Positions 8,838-16,771 of a stretch of DNA of 25,071 bases are shown piece by piece; the first letter of the stretch is position 1; each line of letters begins with the position of its first letter. The translations under genes and the position numbers were made by a program. The stretch lies in the IMG/VR virus record IMGVR_UViG_3300017913_000587, positions 1 to 25,071 of that record, one strand, 5' to 3'. Below the pieces are notes generated by a model that was given only the letters and a program-made list of their open reading frames with translations, searched no databases and was not told the origin of the DNA. Source of the DNA: a virus. Taxonomy: Duplodnaviria; Caudoviricetes.

Positions 8838-8975
8838 ATGCTTTGGGATAAACCACGGGGTGCTTCCCGTATCTATCAGGTACGGAAGCGTACCATCATC
8901 GATACCATCGCTAACACGGTGGTAATCCTTTCGTTCACTGCTGTGTTCGTATATACAGTCCTTGGAGGTTTCTAA
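8838..8975 (+). CDS. Small membrane-anchored protein (45 aa)
   Basis: RBS AGGAGG supports start MLWDKPRG; hydrophobic C-terminus. Confidence 0.75.
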   Translation: MLWDKPRGASRIYQVRKRTIIDTIANTVVILSFTAVFVYTVLGGF

Positions 8976-9166
8976 TGGCTAACGTCACATCCATCCTTAA
9001 TAGTTTCATCAAGGTTCAGCGTACTCGTGCGGCTCTTGCTCGTGCCTACGTTGAGCTTGGTGAGACAGAAAAGGCTCTTGATGAAATCAATGAGCTTATC
9101 AATCAGTTCGACCAAGAGATTGGTTGGTCTGTTGTTAACAGTCTTGTGGAGGTAAACGATGAGTGA
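8975..9166 (+). CDS. Hypothetical helical protein (63 aa)
   Basis: TAATG coupling; RBS GGAGG. Confidence 0.8.
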   Translation: MANVTSILNSFIKVQRTRAALARAYVELGETEKALDEINELINQFDQEIGWSVVNSLVEVNDE

Positions 9167-9260
9167 TCGTGATATCATCATCCAAGCCTTTTGGATCGCT
9201 GTAACATTTGCTACAGTGTACATTGGAGGTCTCCTATGGATGATCTCCTTAGCATCTTGA
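9159..9260 (+). CDS. Small single-pass membrane protein (33 aa)
   Basis: Not in the track. RBS GGAGG; MSDRDIIIQAFWIAVTFATVYIGGLLWMISLAS. Confidence 0.7.
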   Translation: MSDRDIIIQAFWIAVTFATVYIGGLLWMISLAS

Positions 9261-9263
9261 TAG

Positions 9264-9283
9264 GCTCGCCGCAAGCGGCTCGC
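9264..9283 (+). promoter_or_regulatory. Conserved 20-bp palindromic element, copy 2
   Basis: GCTCGCCGCAAGCGGCTCGC followed by TTTAATG; intergenic, upstream of the SSB gene. Confidence 0.7.
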
Positions 9284-9339
9284 TTTAATGATGGTATTCC
9301 ATCGTAACTTTTAATTCAGCATAGAGGAAGGTAGCAATC

Positions 9340-9837
9340 GTGCTTACATCTAATAGTCGTAACTTCGAACTTAATGGCGTAACTCTTAATTGGGCACGTC
9401 TCCATGAACCACAGAATCCTTTTGGCACCGAGCAGTATGAATTGCAGGTTGCTTTCAAGTCGCCTGATGCGGCTGAAGCACTCCGTAAGCAGTTCTTCGA
9501 TGTCAAGGAAAAGGATGGTGAGTTCTTCATTCGCCTCAACCGTAAGGTCTATGACAGCAAAGGTCAGGAGAAGCGTAAGCCTATCGTGCAGAACGCTGAT
9601 GGTACTCCGTTTGACTTTCAGGCTCAGTTGATCGGCAATGGTTCTACTGGTAACGTGACTGTGTACCAGTACAACTACGATCAGAAGGGTCGTAAGGGTG
9701 TGGCTAACCAGCTAGACAAAGTGGTTATCACCAACTTGATCCCGTACACGCCGCAAGGCGAGGTGGTTTCGTTCGAGATCGAGCCCAGTGCCACACCAGC
9801 CACTCAGACTCCTACAGAGTCCGTGGATCTGTTCTAA
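9340..9837 (+). CDS. ssb: Single-stranded DNA-binding protein (T7 gp2.5-like OB fold)
   Basis: WARLHEP, IGNGS motif and an acidic-aromatic C-terminus (ESVDLF); GTG start with RBS GAGGAAGG. Confidence 0.78.
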   Translation: MLTSNSRNFELNGVTLNWARLHEPQNPFGTEQYELQVAFKSPDAAEALRKQFFDVKEKDGEFFIRLNRKVYDSKGQEKRKPIVQNADGTPFDFQAQLIGNGSTGNVTVYQYNYDQKGRKGVANQLDKVVITNLIPYTPQGEVVSFEIEPSATPATQTPTESVDLF

Positions 9838-9845
9838 CAGGTATC

Positions 9846-9932
9846 GTGGGATTGCCTCAGGGCTTTCCCACCGTCCCCTTTTGGGGGTACCGACAGAACG
9901 TACCGACAACATTCAATGAGGTCTAACCGACA
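9846..9932 (+). promoter_or_regulatory. Two hairpins followed by three ACCGACA boxes
   Basis: GUGGGA-UU-GCC-UCAG-GGC-UU-UCCCAC; CCCC-UUUU-GGGG; ACCGACA at 9889, 9902 and 9926. Confidence 0.5.
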
Positions 9933-10099
9933 TGGTTCCAATAGACATTAGAGAACTCAACAAGCATCTCATGCGGGTTGGGTTGTTCGTTGCATCTGGT
10001 AACAGAGAAGAGGCCTTTGATGCATTACTTAACCTTAACCACTGGATCGAAGAGCAGATCCTCAACAACGTAGAGAGAAAACGCAATGAGTTACACTGA
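9932..10099 (+). CDS. Hypothetical protein (55 aa)
   Basis: Not in the track. RBS GAGG; MVPIDIRELNKHLMRVGLFVASGNREEAFDALLNLNHWIEEQILNNVERKRNELH. Confidence 0.7.
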   Translation: MVPIDIRELNKHLMRVGLFVASGNREEAFDALLNLNHWIEEQILNNVERKRNELH

Positions 10100-10472
10100 T
10101 GAAGAACTCAATGAACGAGCAGAGTGGACTGCATCGACAATACGTCAGCAGATCCAGTCAGGCACTACCACAGACTGCACGTCAGGTCGTGTCGCTATGA
10201 TGTGTTGGGCTTTCCAATCACCAGAGACTTTACCATTCGATCAAGCAGAACGTACTTGGGGCGGTCTCAAGTTTTATGTGCAGGGCTTCAAGCATAAAGG
10301 TTGGGTCACTGTCAGTCTTACCTTCAGTGATGACTACACTATCCGTCTGTATCGACAAGATGGGACTACACTTGTCAAACAGCTTACAATGGTGTATGCA
10401 CCTGAACTAACCGAAACACTCGACTACTTGATCGAGTACTCACCATCAGAGGAACTAGAAGATGTATCTTAA
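10086..10472 (+). CDS. Phage hypothetical protein (128 aa)
   Basis: GGLKFYVQGFKHKGWVTVSL..DDYTI..VY..EL..LD pattern; tightly packed in the operon. Confidence 0.8.
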   Translation: MSYTDEELNERAEWTASTIRQQIQSGTTTDCTSGRVAMMCWAFQSPETLPFDQAERTWGGLKFYVQGFKHKGWVTVSLTFSDDYTIRLYRQDGTTLVKQLTMVYAPELTETLDYLIEYSPSEELEDVS

Positions 10473-10731
10473 AGATTCATGCAGTACCCACTTCACCCTT
10501 GAGATTACTACCAAGGAAATGTCTACACTATGTATGTGCCTTACTGCGGCAAAACAGAAATCTCTTCAAGATGTGTGCAGTGACATATATGAAGCACGTC
10601 TACCAGACCATGACGCATACCCAGAGATGGAAGATGTCATCAACGAAATACACCGTCAAACAACTGTGGCAAAAGATGTGTGTGACATGGAGGCAGAACT
10701 TCAAGACATCTTGAGGAATGACTACTCATGA
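10462..10731 (+). CDS. Hypothetical protein (89 aa)
   Basis: RBS GAGG; overlaps both neighbours. Confidence 0.75.
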   Translation: MYLKDSCSTHFTLEITTKEMSTLCMCLTAAKQKSLQDVCSDIYEARLPDHDAYPEMEDVINEIHRQTTVAKDVCDMEAELQDILRNDYS

Positions 10732-10961
10732 ACATGAATGTACATCCAATGAACCGTCTTGACAGCTACACTGCTCATGGTATCGAACTCGACCTTGACT
10801 TAGATGTACGCTACGAGATCATCGATGGTCTCATCTACATCGAGTATGTCTTCCTGACAGGTACAGGTATCGACCTCATGCCATACTTGTGGGAAAGTCA
10901 TATCGATAAGTTAGCTGAAGAAATCGGAGACTATCATGCTTCTGGATACGACCAAGAGTAA
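10728..10961 (+). CDS. Acidic hypothetical protein (77 aa)
   Basis: ATGA overlap; RBS GAGG. Confidence 0.75.
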   Translation: MNMNVHPMNRLDSYTAHGIELDLDLDVRYEIIDGLIYIEYVFLTGTGIDLMPYLWESHIDKLAEEIGDYHASGYDQE

Positions 10962-11634
10962 TCTCAAAGTCAAAAAGTCAGACGCTGACGCAGGTGATAA
11001 GTATCGCTTTGCAAGCCTGTCGCTTTACCCTAACAATATACTTTGTGCTGGTGCTAAAGCGGCTGGTTGTATGGAGACTTGTATCTCCGAGTCAGGTATG
11101 GCTAAAGTATTTCCCTCTGTCAATCAATCTAGGAAACGTAAAGCAGAGTTCCTGATGACTGACCCTGAGGGTTTCCTTAAACAACTTCGACGTGAACTCA
11201 CAAACTTCTCCAAGCTCTGCGACAAGCAGGGTAAGCAGGGTGTAGTTCGCCTCAATGTATTCTCAGATGTCAAGTGGGAGTCCTTCAACATCCCACAGTC
11301 ATACCCTGAGTTACAGTTCTATGACTATACTAAGATCGTACATCGTCTAGATCGAACACCTGACAACTACCGTCTTATATTCAGTTATAGTAATGCGCCT
11401 CAATACCAGAGGCAAGTCCAAGCCTACCTTGATGGTGGGTACAAAGCGCCAATGGCTGTCGTCTTCAAACATAACAAGTTCCCATCTACTTTCATGGGCA
11501 AGACTGTTATTGACGGAGACAAATCCGATTGGCAAAACGTGCAAGCTCAAAACTGCGTAGTCGCTCTCGTATACAAAGGCGGCTTCGATATGAATGAGTT
11601 TGTTGTAGATCAAGATCTTATCTGTAAGGGATAA
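10936..11634 (+). CDS. GP88-like protein (Cys-cluster phage protein)
   Basis: C...C...C cluster, VRLNVFSD and FYDYTK motifs as recalled for the mycobacteriophage Gp88 family. Confidence 0.72.
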   Translation: MLLDTTKSNLKVKKSDADAGDKYRFASLSLYPNNILCAGAKAAGCMETCISESGMAKVFPSVNQSRKRKAEFLMTDPEGFLKQLRRELTNFSKLCDKQGKQGVVRLNVFSDVKWESFNIPQSYPELQFYDYTKIVHRLDRTPDNYRLIFSYSNAPQYQRQVQAYLDGGYKAPMAVVFKHNKFPSTFMGKTVIDGDKSDWQNVQAQNCVVALVYKGGFDMNEFVVDQDLICKG

Positions 11635-11636
11635 TT

Positions 11637-11945
11637 ATGCAAATTGCTAACATTGCTACTACTATCATCCGTGCCGTCAACGAAGCTAAGGCTGGCACTC
11701 CCCGTGGTTCTTACTGGACTCTCGTACACGAGACTTCCATCTCTCCTATGTCCAAGGGCCGATACCGCTTCCGCTTGGGTGACGTGACAGGCTTCATCGC
11801 TGTACGCAAGAAGAAGTCACGAGGTTACTGTGTACAAGATGGGCGAACATTCACTCAAGTACACTTGGGTAAAGTCTCTATCGGTTTCGAAAAGTCATCG
11901 CCAGAACGTATGACTTGGAACTTCGCAGGTAACTACAAGGCATAA
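11637..11945 (+). CDS. Basic hypothetical protein (102 aa)
   Basis: ORF with RBS AAGGGG; in operon. Confidence 0.8.
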   Translation: MQIANIATTIIRAVNEAKAGTPRGSYWTLVHETSISPMSKGRYRFRLGDVTGFIAVRKKKSRGYCVQDGRTFTQVHLGKVSIGFEKSSPERMTWNFAGNYKA

Positions 11946-12031
11946 TGTCGGGTGGTGTAGCTCTAGGTGCGGCGATTCAATTCGCCGTTATCTGCATTCT
12001 TCTTATGATGATACACGGAGAGTTTAAATAA
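11945..12031 (+). CDS. Hydrophobic micropeptide (28 aa)
   Basis: TAATG coupling at both ends; MSGGVALGAAIQFAVICILLMMIHGEFK. Confidence 0.65.
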   Translation: MSGGVALGAAIQFAVICILLMMIHGEFK

Positions 12032-12216
12032 TGCGTGATAGAATTATCAACAGACTTATGGACACAGGTCGTCTCGATGAAATCATTGAGATGTGCCACA
12101 TTCGCCCTTGCGATGAACCTCTCGCAGAGTTCATTGTTGAGTTAGTCAATCTTACTATCGACGAGGTAGATAATGAAGGTATTGCTTGGGACTACGCAAA
12201 CGATCTCACTGCTTAA
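12031..12216 (+). CDS. Acidic hypothetical protein (61 aa)
   Basis: RBS GGAG; TAATG coupling. Confidence 0.75.
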   Translation: MRDRIINRLMDTGRLDEIIEMCHIRPCDEPLAEFIVELVNLTIDEVDNEGIAWDYANDLTA

Positions 12217-12349
12217 GAAGGCTGTGCTATACGGCTTCTGCCTTCCTATTGCAGTCCTGCTAGATGCACTTGAAATGTTACTCAGGTTCATCAGCAAACA
12301 CTTCGACAACCTTATTCGGTGGTGCTACGATGACCCAATCAAACCATAG
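12173..12349 (+). CDS. Hypothetical hydrophobic protein (58 aa)
   Basis: Not in the track. RBS GAGG; MKVLLGTTQTISLLKKAVLYGFCLPIAVLLDALEMLLRFISKHFDNLIRWCYDDPIKP fills the gap. Confidence 0.55.
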   Translation: MKVLLGTTQTISLLKKAVLYGFCLPIAVLLDALEMLLRFISKHFDNLIRWCYDDPIKP

Positions 12350-12626
12350 GGATCAAATCGAAAAACGATTAGACCCATTACTTCTAGATGCATACAGAGA
12401 ATCTCGAATGGCACTTCGACGTACATCGCTAGCTATCGCTGACGAAATATACGACAAGTATTCAGCAGAGATCGATAACTTCCTACTCAGTGATGACTTT
12501 CAATTCGAATACCAAATCGATGTTGATGACAATAAGTTTACCTACAAAGATATTGCACTGATTCGTGCAGAGTTCCGTAGAAAACTCACAGAATCCATCG
12601 ATGATGCGATTTGTCTTATAGTCTAG
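12330..12626 (+). CDS. Hypothetical protein (98 aa)
   Basis: Start MTQSNHRD at 12330 preferred (GGTGG upstream); start is uncertain. Confidence 0.7.
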   Translation: MTQSNHRDQIEKRLDPLLLDAYRESRMALRRTSLAIADEIYDKYSAEIDNFLLSDDFQFEYQIDVDDNKFTYKDIALIRAEFRRKLTESIDDAICLIV

Positions 12627-12642
12627 TGTTGTAGGTAGCGGT

Positions 12643-12783
12643 ATGTTTGGTTTCCTGTTACTAGTGTGCGTTGTATGTGCTCTTACATTTATCTTTGCAG
12701 AATCAAATGTTGCACTTCAAGGTTGGCTTATAGCTGGAGTTCTTATGTTCATTGCTTCAGCCGTAACCTCTAGCGCACCTTGA
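12643..12783 (+). CDS. Small two-helix membrane protein (46 aa)
   Basis: Not in the track. MFGFLLLVCVVCALTFIFAESNVALQGWLIAGVLMFIASAVTSSAP; ends just before a strong hairpin. Confidence 0.6.
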   Translation: MFGFLLLVCVVCALTFIFAESNVALQGWLIAGVLMFIASAVTSSAP

Positions 12784-12787
12784 TCTC

Positions 12788-12826
12788 CCTCCGGGGCACC
12801 TACGGGTGTTCCGGGGGTGTTCCTTT
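12788..12826 (+). terminator. Strong hairpin, probable early-region terminator
   Basis: CCUCCGGGGCACC-UACG-GGUGUUCCGGGGG (13 bp including G-U) with an imperfect U tail UGUUCCUUU. Confidence 0.7.
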
Positions 12827-12831
12827 ACATG

Positions 12832-12879
12832 ACCGACAAAACCTTTAGGCTTTTTTTGCGAACCGACAAAACCCTAAAG
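12832..12879 (+). repeat. Direct repeat ACCGACAAAACC x2
   Basis: Copies start at 12832 and 12862 (30-bp spacing); followed by the inverted pair CTTTAGG / CCTAAAG. Confidence 0.8.
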
Positions 12880-12885
12880 TAACCT

Positions 12886-12905
12886 GCTCGCCGCAAGCGG
12901 CTCGT
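12886..12905 (+). promoter_or_regulatory. Conserved 20-bp palindromic element, copy 3
   Basis: GCTCGCCGCAAGCGGCTCGT at the early/middle boundary. Confidence 0.7.
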
Positions 12906-12973
12906 TTCGGAAGAAGACATCTTCGGTAGTCCCTTTAGGACACTTTTATCGCTAACTTTTACAAGAGGCAACA

Positions 12974-13177
12974 ATGAGAATCGTATTAATATTACTAATG
13001 GGAATAATAGGGGGATGTACTATAGCAGAAACAAAGGATGAGCCAGAGAAAGTCTGCTCAGACTATGCAATACTCTATCAAGAAGAAGAAGAATGTACCT
13101 ATCCAACCCCTTGGGGTAGGGTTTGTGTAACTCAAATGAAACCAAAAACAATGTGTGTGAAGTGGGAGGTATTATAA
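12974..13177 (+). CDS. Putative lipoprotein (67 aa)
   Basis: MR, hydrophobic stretch and IGGC lipobox-like site; four more Cys in the mature part; RBS GAGG. Confidence 0.6.
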   Translation: MRIVLILLMGIIGGCTIAETKDEPEKVCSDYAILYQEEEECTYPTPWGRVCVTQMKPKTMCVKWEVL

Positions 13178-13581
13178 TGGGTGACAAAAAGATGCATCCT
13201 AACAGCCTAGCTAACCTAAAGCTAGCGCCAGTATTCGATGCAGATAACGCAAAGGAAGCGCAGAAGAAGTCAGTGCTTTCTCGTAAGGCAAATGCAGAAG
13301 CTCGTAAGCGACTACAGCTTACAGCGGCAGAACTTAAAACTGATGTTAAAGAATTAATGGCAGAGAACCATGTGACAGCACTAGATGTGCTACGGTTATC
13401 TATGCTAAAAGCCATCGACAATGACGACATGGATCAAGCTATCGATATTGCAAAAGCAATAGCTGAGTTTGAAACTCCTAAGTTGGGTCGTGTCGAGCAA
13501 ACCAACATTGAAGTCAAGGCAGAGGATATGTCCGATGAGGAACTGAATGCCAAACTTCAAGAACTAATGAAGGATCAATAG
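13177..13581 (+). CDS. terS: Putative terminase small subunit (134 aa)
   Basis: RBS GGGAGG supports start MGDKKMHPNSLANLK. N-terminal NSLANLK, helical core, FETPKL and C-terminal MSDEELNAKLQEL resemble TerS-like proteins; no other TerS is seen next to terL. Confidence 0.55.
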   Translation: MGDKKMHPNSLANLKLAPVFDADNAKEAQKKSVLSRKANAEARKRLQLTAAELKTDVKELMAENHVTALDVLRLSMLKAIDNDDMDQAIDIAKAIAEFETPKLGRVEQTNIEVKAEDMSDEELNAKLQELMKDQ

Positions 13582-13599
13582 CCTTCTAAAGAGGACACT

Positions 13600-13962
13600 A
13601 TGGATACTAAGCGGTGTGATACCTGCAAGGTACATTTGGAAACTGCCGAATTCCACAAGAATCGGTACAAACACGATGGGTTAGCCAGTACCTGTAAGAC
13701 CTGTACGAAGGCTAACGCAGACCGTAAACGTGAACATTACGAAAGATTAATCACACAACAAGAAGGTAAGTGTGCTATCTGTGAGAAAAGCGTAGAAGAT
13801 AACCGTAAGGACTTCGCTGTAGATCATTGCCATGCTACTGACGTAGTGCGTGGTGCGCTATGTAATCACTGTAACTCTGGTCTGGGTGGTTTCATGGATA
13901 ACCCAGACTTACTATATAAAGGTATAGTATACCTCATGACACCAAGAGGAGAGCATGTATGA
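13600..13962 (+). CDS. Endonuclease VII-like HNH nuclease
   Basis: QEGKCAIC, AVDHCH, VRGALCNHCNSGLG; N-terminal CxxC...CxxC. Confidence 0.88.
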   Translation: MDTKRCDTCKVHLETAEFHKNRYKHDGLASTCKTCTKANADRKREHYERLITQQEGKCAICEKSVEDNRKDFAVDHCHATDVVRGALCNHCNSGLGGFMDNPDLLYKGIVYLMTPRGEHV

Positions 13963-14222
13963 AGGTAGTAGAAGGTAAGTTTGGTAAAGAAGAAGAAACT
14001 GAACAAGAATCATTGTACGCACTAATAGCTATGGCCTTAGCGCAGGGTGGGTTTGATGAAGAAGCAACTGGTAAGTTCTTATTAGTAGCTAGAGGAGATG
14101 GTAGTGATCTCAATGTTACTGGATCAAACATGGATTCAGAAGATATTGTGTATACAATGGAAGCACTAAAGCACCACATTATTAGTTACGGTGGGCTTGT
14201 TAATGAGGGAGATCTTCACTAA
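13959..14222 (+). CDS. Hypothetical protein (87 aa)
   Basis: ATGA overlap; RBS GAGGAG. Confidence 0.8.
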   Translation: MKVVEGKFGKEEETEQESLYALIAMALAQGGFDEEATGKFLLVARGDGSDLNVTGSNMDSEDIVYTMEALKHHIISYGGLVNEGDLH

Positions 14223-14338
14223 TGAGTTTAGAACAAATAGCTTTATACAGTACAATGGTATTCTCAGGAGTAACCGCAGTAGCTGTATTTGTATTAGTCG
14301 CTTATATATTGAATGGAGATGATGAAGATGAGTCTTGA
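14222..14338 (+). CDS. Small membrane protein with acidic tail (38 aa)
   Basis: Not in the track. TAATG coupling; MSLEQIALYSTMVFSGVTAVAVFVLVAYILNGDDEDES. Confidence 0.65.
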   Translation: MSLEQIALYSTMVFSGVTAVAVFVLVAYILNGDDEDES

Positions 14339-14681
14339 TGACGCTACACCAGCAGAGTGGGATGCCGCCGCAAAAAAGTCAGAGAGTCCTGTTTGGGCAG
14401 AAGTGATTCCAGAAAAACAGGACAAGGTAATAACTCAAATAATCAAGAAAGAAGAAAAGAAAAAAGCCTGTGTAGTCGAGCGGCCTCCGCACTACAATCA
14501 AGGTGGGATCGAATGTATCGATTACATTAAACAACAACTAGGCGATAACGTAACAGGGTACTACCAAGGTAACGTAATTAAGTACCTACACAGATTCCGT
14601 TACAAGAATGGTGTAGAAGATTTACGCAAGTGCCGTTGGTATCTTGATAAACTAATTGAACATGAGGTAAACAATGGCTAG
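14328..14681 (+). CDS. DUF3310 / T7 gp1.7-like nucleotide kinase
   Basis: VERPPHYNQGGIECIDYI...GNVIKYLHRFRYKNGVEDLRKCRWYL; start is one of several Met codons between 14313 and 14328. Confidence 0.85.
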   Translation: MSLDDATPAEWDAAAKKSESPVWAEVIPEKQDKVITQIIKKEEKKKACVVERPPHYNQGGIECIDYIKQQLGDNVTGYYQGNVIKYLHRFRYKNGVEDLRKCRWYLDKLIEHEVNNG

Positions 14682-14892
14682 AGATCAGCTACGTAACAAA
14701 CTACTACTCGCAGTACAATCACACGCTCTTGGTCACATCGATAAGCACATTGCTAACGTAGAGGTTCTAGCACAGAACCCTGTCGGTATTGGTGAGCACC
14801 AAGATATCATCCACGCAATAGAAGAAGAGCTTGAGCACATCGCAACATATCGTGATCAAGTAGAGATCTTGGAGCAATACTTCCAGATCTAA
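14674..14892 (+). CDS. Phage hypothetical protein (72 aa)
   Basis: NPVGIGEHQDI motif; RBS GAGG. Confidence 0.8.
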   Translation: MARDQLRNKLLLAVQSHALGHIDKHIANVEVLAQNPVGIGEHQDIIHAIEEELEHIATYRDQVEILEQYFQI

Positions 14893-14926
14893 AAGATACA
14901 GTATAGTCTAACCTACGAGGCGACAC

Positions 14927-16762
14927 ATGAAACTTACATTTGATATAGAAACAGATGGGCTACTAGACGTGTGCTCAACTATCTGGTGCTTAGTTGCAGA
15001 AGATATCGACACACGTACCACCTACAGTTTCTCTGACTACGATGATAACCTACCCTCATTGGAAGAAGGGTTGCAGTTGTTGCAGGACGCAACGGTACTC
15101 ATCGGGCATAACATTATTGGCTTTGATATCCCAGCAGTTAAAATGATTACTGGGGTAGATCTTATGGACAAGAAGTGTTACGACACACTACTTATGTCTC
15201 AAACACTACGGTACAAGCGTCACCACAAACACGGTCTTGCAGGGTGGGGTGAGTACCTAAAGAATAGCAAACTAGATTACAGTGACTGGTCTCAGTATAC
15301 CAAAGAGATGCTGACCTATTGTATTCAAGATGTTAACCTCAACACAGAAGTATTCCTGACTCTTATGGATGAGTTCAAAATGTTCATACCACATTACCCA
15401 CTGCTTGCTAAGGGTCTTGAGGTAGAGCATGACGTAGCTAAGTTTAACGCTATAGTGCGTGAGCAAGGCTGGAACTTTAACCTGAAGAAAGCAAAGGCTA
15501 ACCTAGCCAAACTCAAAGGTAGATCCCAAGAGATCGAGAACACCATTGAGCCACGCTTGGGTATGACCACAGTGTACATCGACAAAGAACCTAAAACTCC
15601 TAAGTTCAAGAAGAACGGTGACTACACTGCGGCTACCTGCAAGATACTAACAGACTACTTCGGTCACGAGGTACTACCTAACGACACACACCTTATGCAA
15701 TCTGGTGAGTGTTTTCAACGTAGTAAGATTGTACAAGTTAAGATGGGGCAGATAGAACACGTCAAAGAGTGGCTACTGTCTATCGGCTGGCAACCTGATG
15801 ACTACACCCGTAAGATGGTAAACGGTAGATGGGTAACAGTCTCACCTAAACTAACCGATACAAGCCTTGAGAAGCTTGGTGAGATCGGTAAAATGATCGG
15901 GGAGTACTACACCCTACGTAATCGTATCAGTGTACTAGAGGGTTGGTTAGAGGCTCTGGATGAAAACGGTAGACTGCATGGTAACATGTGGACTATTGGC
16001 ACACCTAGCTTCCGATGCCGACACGAGGTGATCGTTAACCTACCGGGAGTACACGCTCCGTATGGTAAAGAGCTACGTGAGTTATTCGGTGCTGATGAGG
16101 GGTGGAAGATCGTTGGTGCAGACTCTAGTGGTAACCAACTACGTGGTCTATGTCACTATGTAAACAACCCAGAGTTTACTCAGGAGGTTATTTACGGTGA
16201 CCAACACCAACGTAATGCTGATGCTCTAGGGTGCAGTCGTAGTACAGCAAAGACATTCTTATACGCATACCTATTTGGTGCTGGTGATGCCAAACTTGGT
16301 GAAGCACTGTCAGGTAAAAAGGATAAGAACCGTGGTGCTAAAGCTCGTAAGGACTTTGCTAGTGCAATCAAAGGTTTGTCAGAGATCAAGAACAAGATCG
16401 AAAGCGAGTGGCGTAGGAAAGAAAGCTCACAAGGTGCTGGGTGGATTCATGGTCTCGATGGTAGACCTGTGTTCGTTAACTCAGAGCACCAGTGTCTAAA
16501 CTACCTACTACAATCCGCAGAAGGTATCACATGTAAGGCCGCTGTGTCTTACCAAATGAAGAAGATCAAAGAGGAAGGGCTACGTGCCAAGCCAAGGATC
16601 TTCTACCACGACGAGACCGCATGGACAGTACATCCAGATGATGCTGAACGTGTCGGTGAGATTCTTAAAGAATCATTCGCTGAAGCACCTAAGTGGTTTG
16701 GCGTTGAGTGTATGGATGGTGGTGACTACATTATCGGTGAGTCATACGCTGACGTACACTAA
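14927..16762 (+). CDS. polA: DNA polymerase family A with 3'-5' exonuclease (T7 gp5-like)
   Basis: ExoI FDIETDGL, ExoII GHNIIGFD, ExoIII YCIQD; motif A GADSSGNQLR, motif B RSTAKTFLYAYLFG, motif C YHDE. Confidence 0.95.
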   Translation: MKLTFDIETDGLLDVCSTIWCLVAEDIDTRTTYSFSDYDDNLPSLEEGLQLLQDATVLIGHNIIGFDIPAVKMITGVDLMDKKCYDTLLMSQTLRYKRHHKHGLAGWGEYLKNSKLDYSDWSQYTKEMLTYCIQDVNLNTEVFLTLMDEFKMFIPHYPLLAKGLEVEHDVAKFNAIVREQGWNFNLKKAKANLAKLKGRSQEIENTIEPRLGMTTVYIDKEPKTPKFKKNGDYTAATCKILTDYFGHEVLPNDTHLMQSGECFQRSKIVQVKMGQIEHVKEWLLSIGWQPDDYTRKMVNGRWVTVSPKLTDTSLEKLGEIGKMIGEYYTLRNRISVLEGWLEALDENGRLHGNMWTIGTPSFRCRHEVIVNLPGVHAPYGKELRELFGADEGWKIVGADSSGNQLRGLCHYVNNPEFTQEVIYGDQHQRNADALGCSRSTAKTFLYAYLFGAGDAKLGEALSGKKDKNRGAKARKDFASAIKGLSEIKNKIESEWRRKESSQGAGWIHGLDGRPVFVNSEHQCLNYLLQSAEGITCKAAVSYQMKKIKEEGLRAKPRIFYHDETAWTVHPDDAERVGEILKESFAEAPKWFGVECMDGGDYIIGESYADVH

Positions 16763-16771
16763 GGAGGACTA

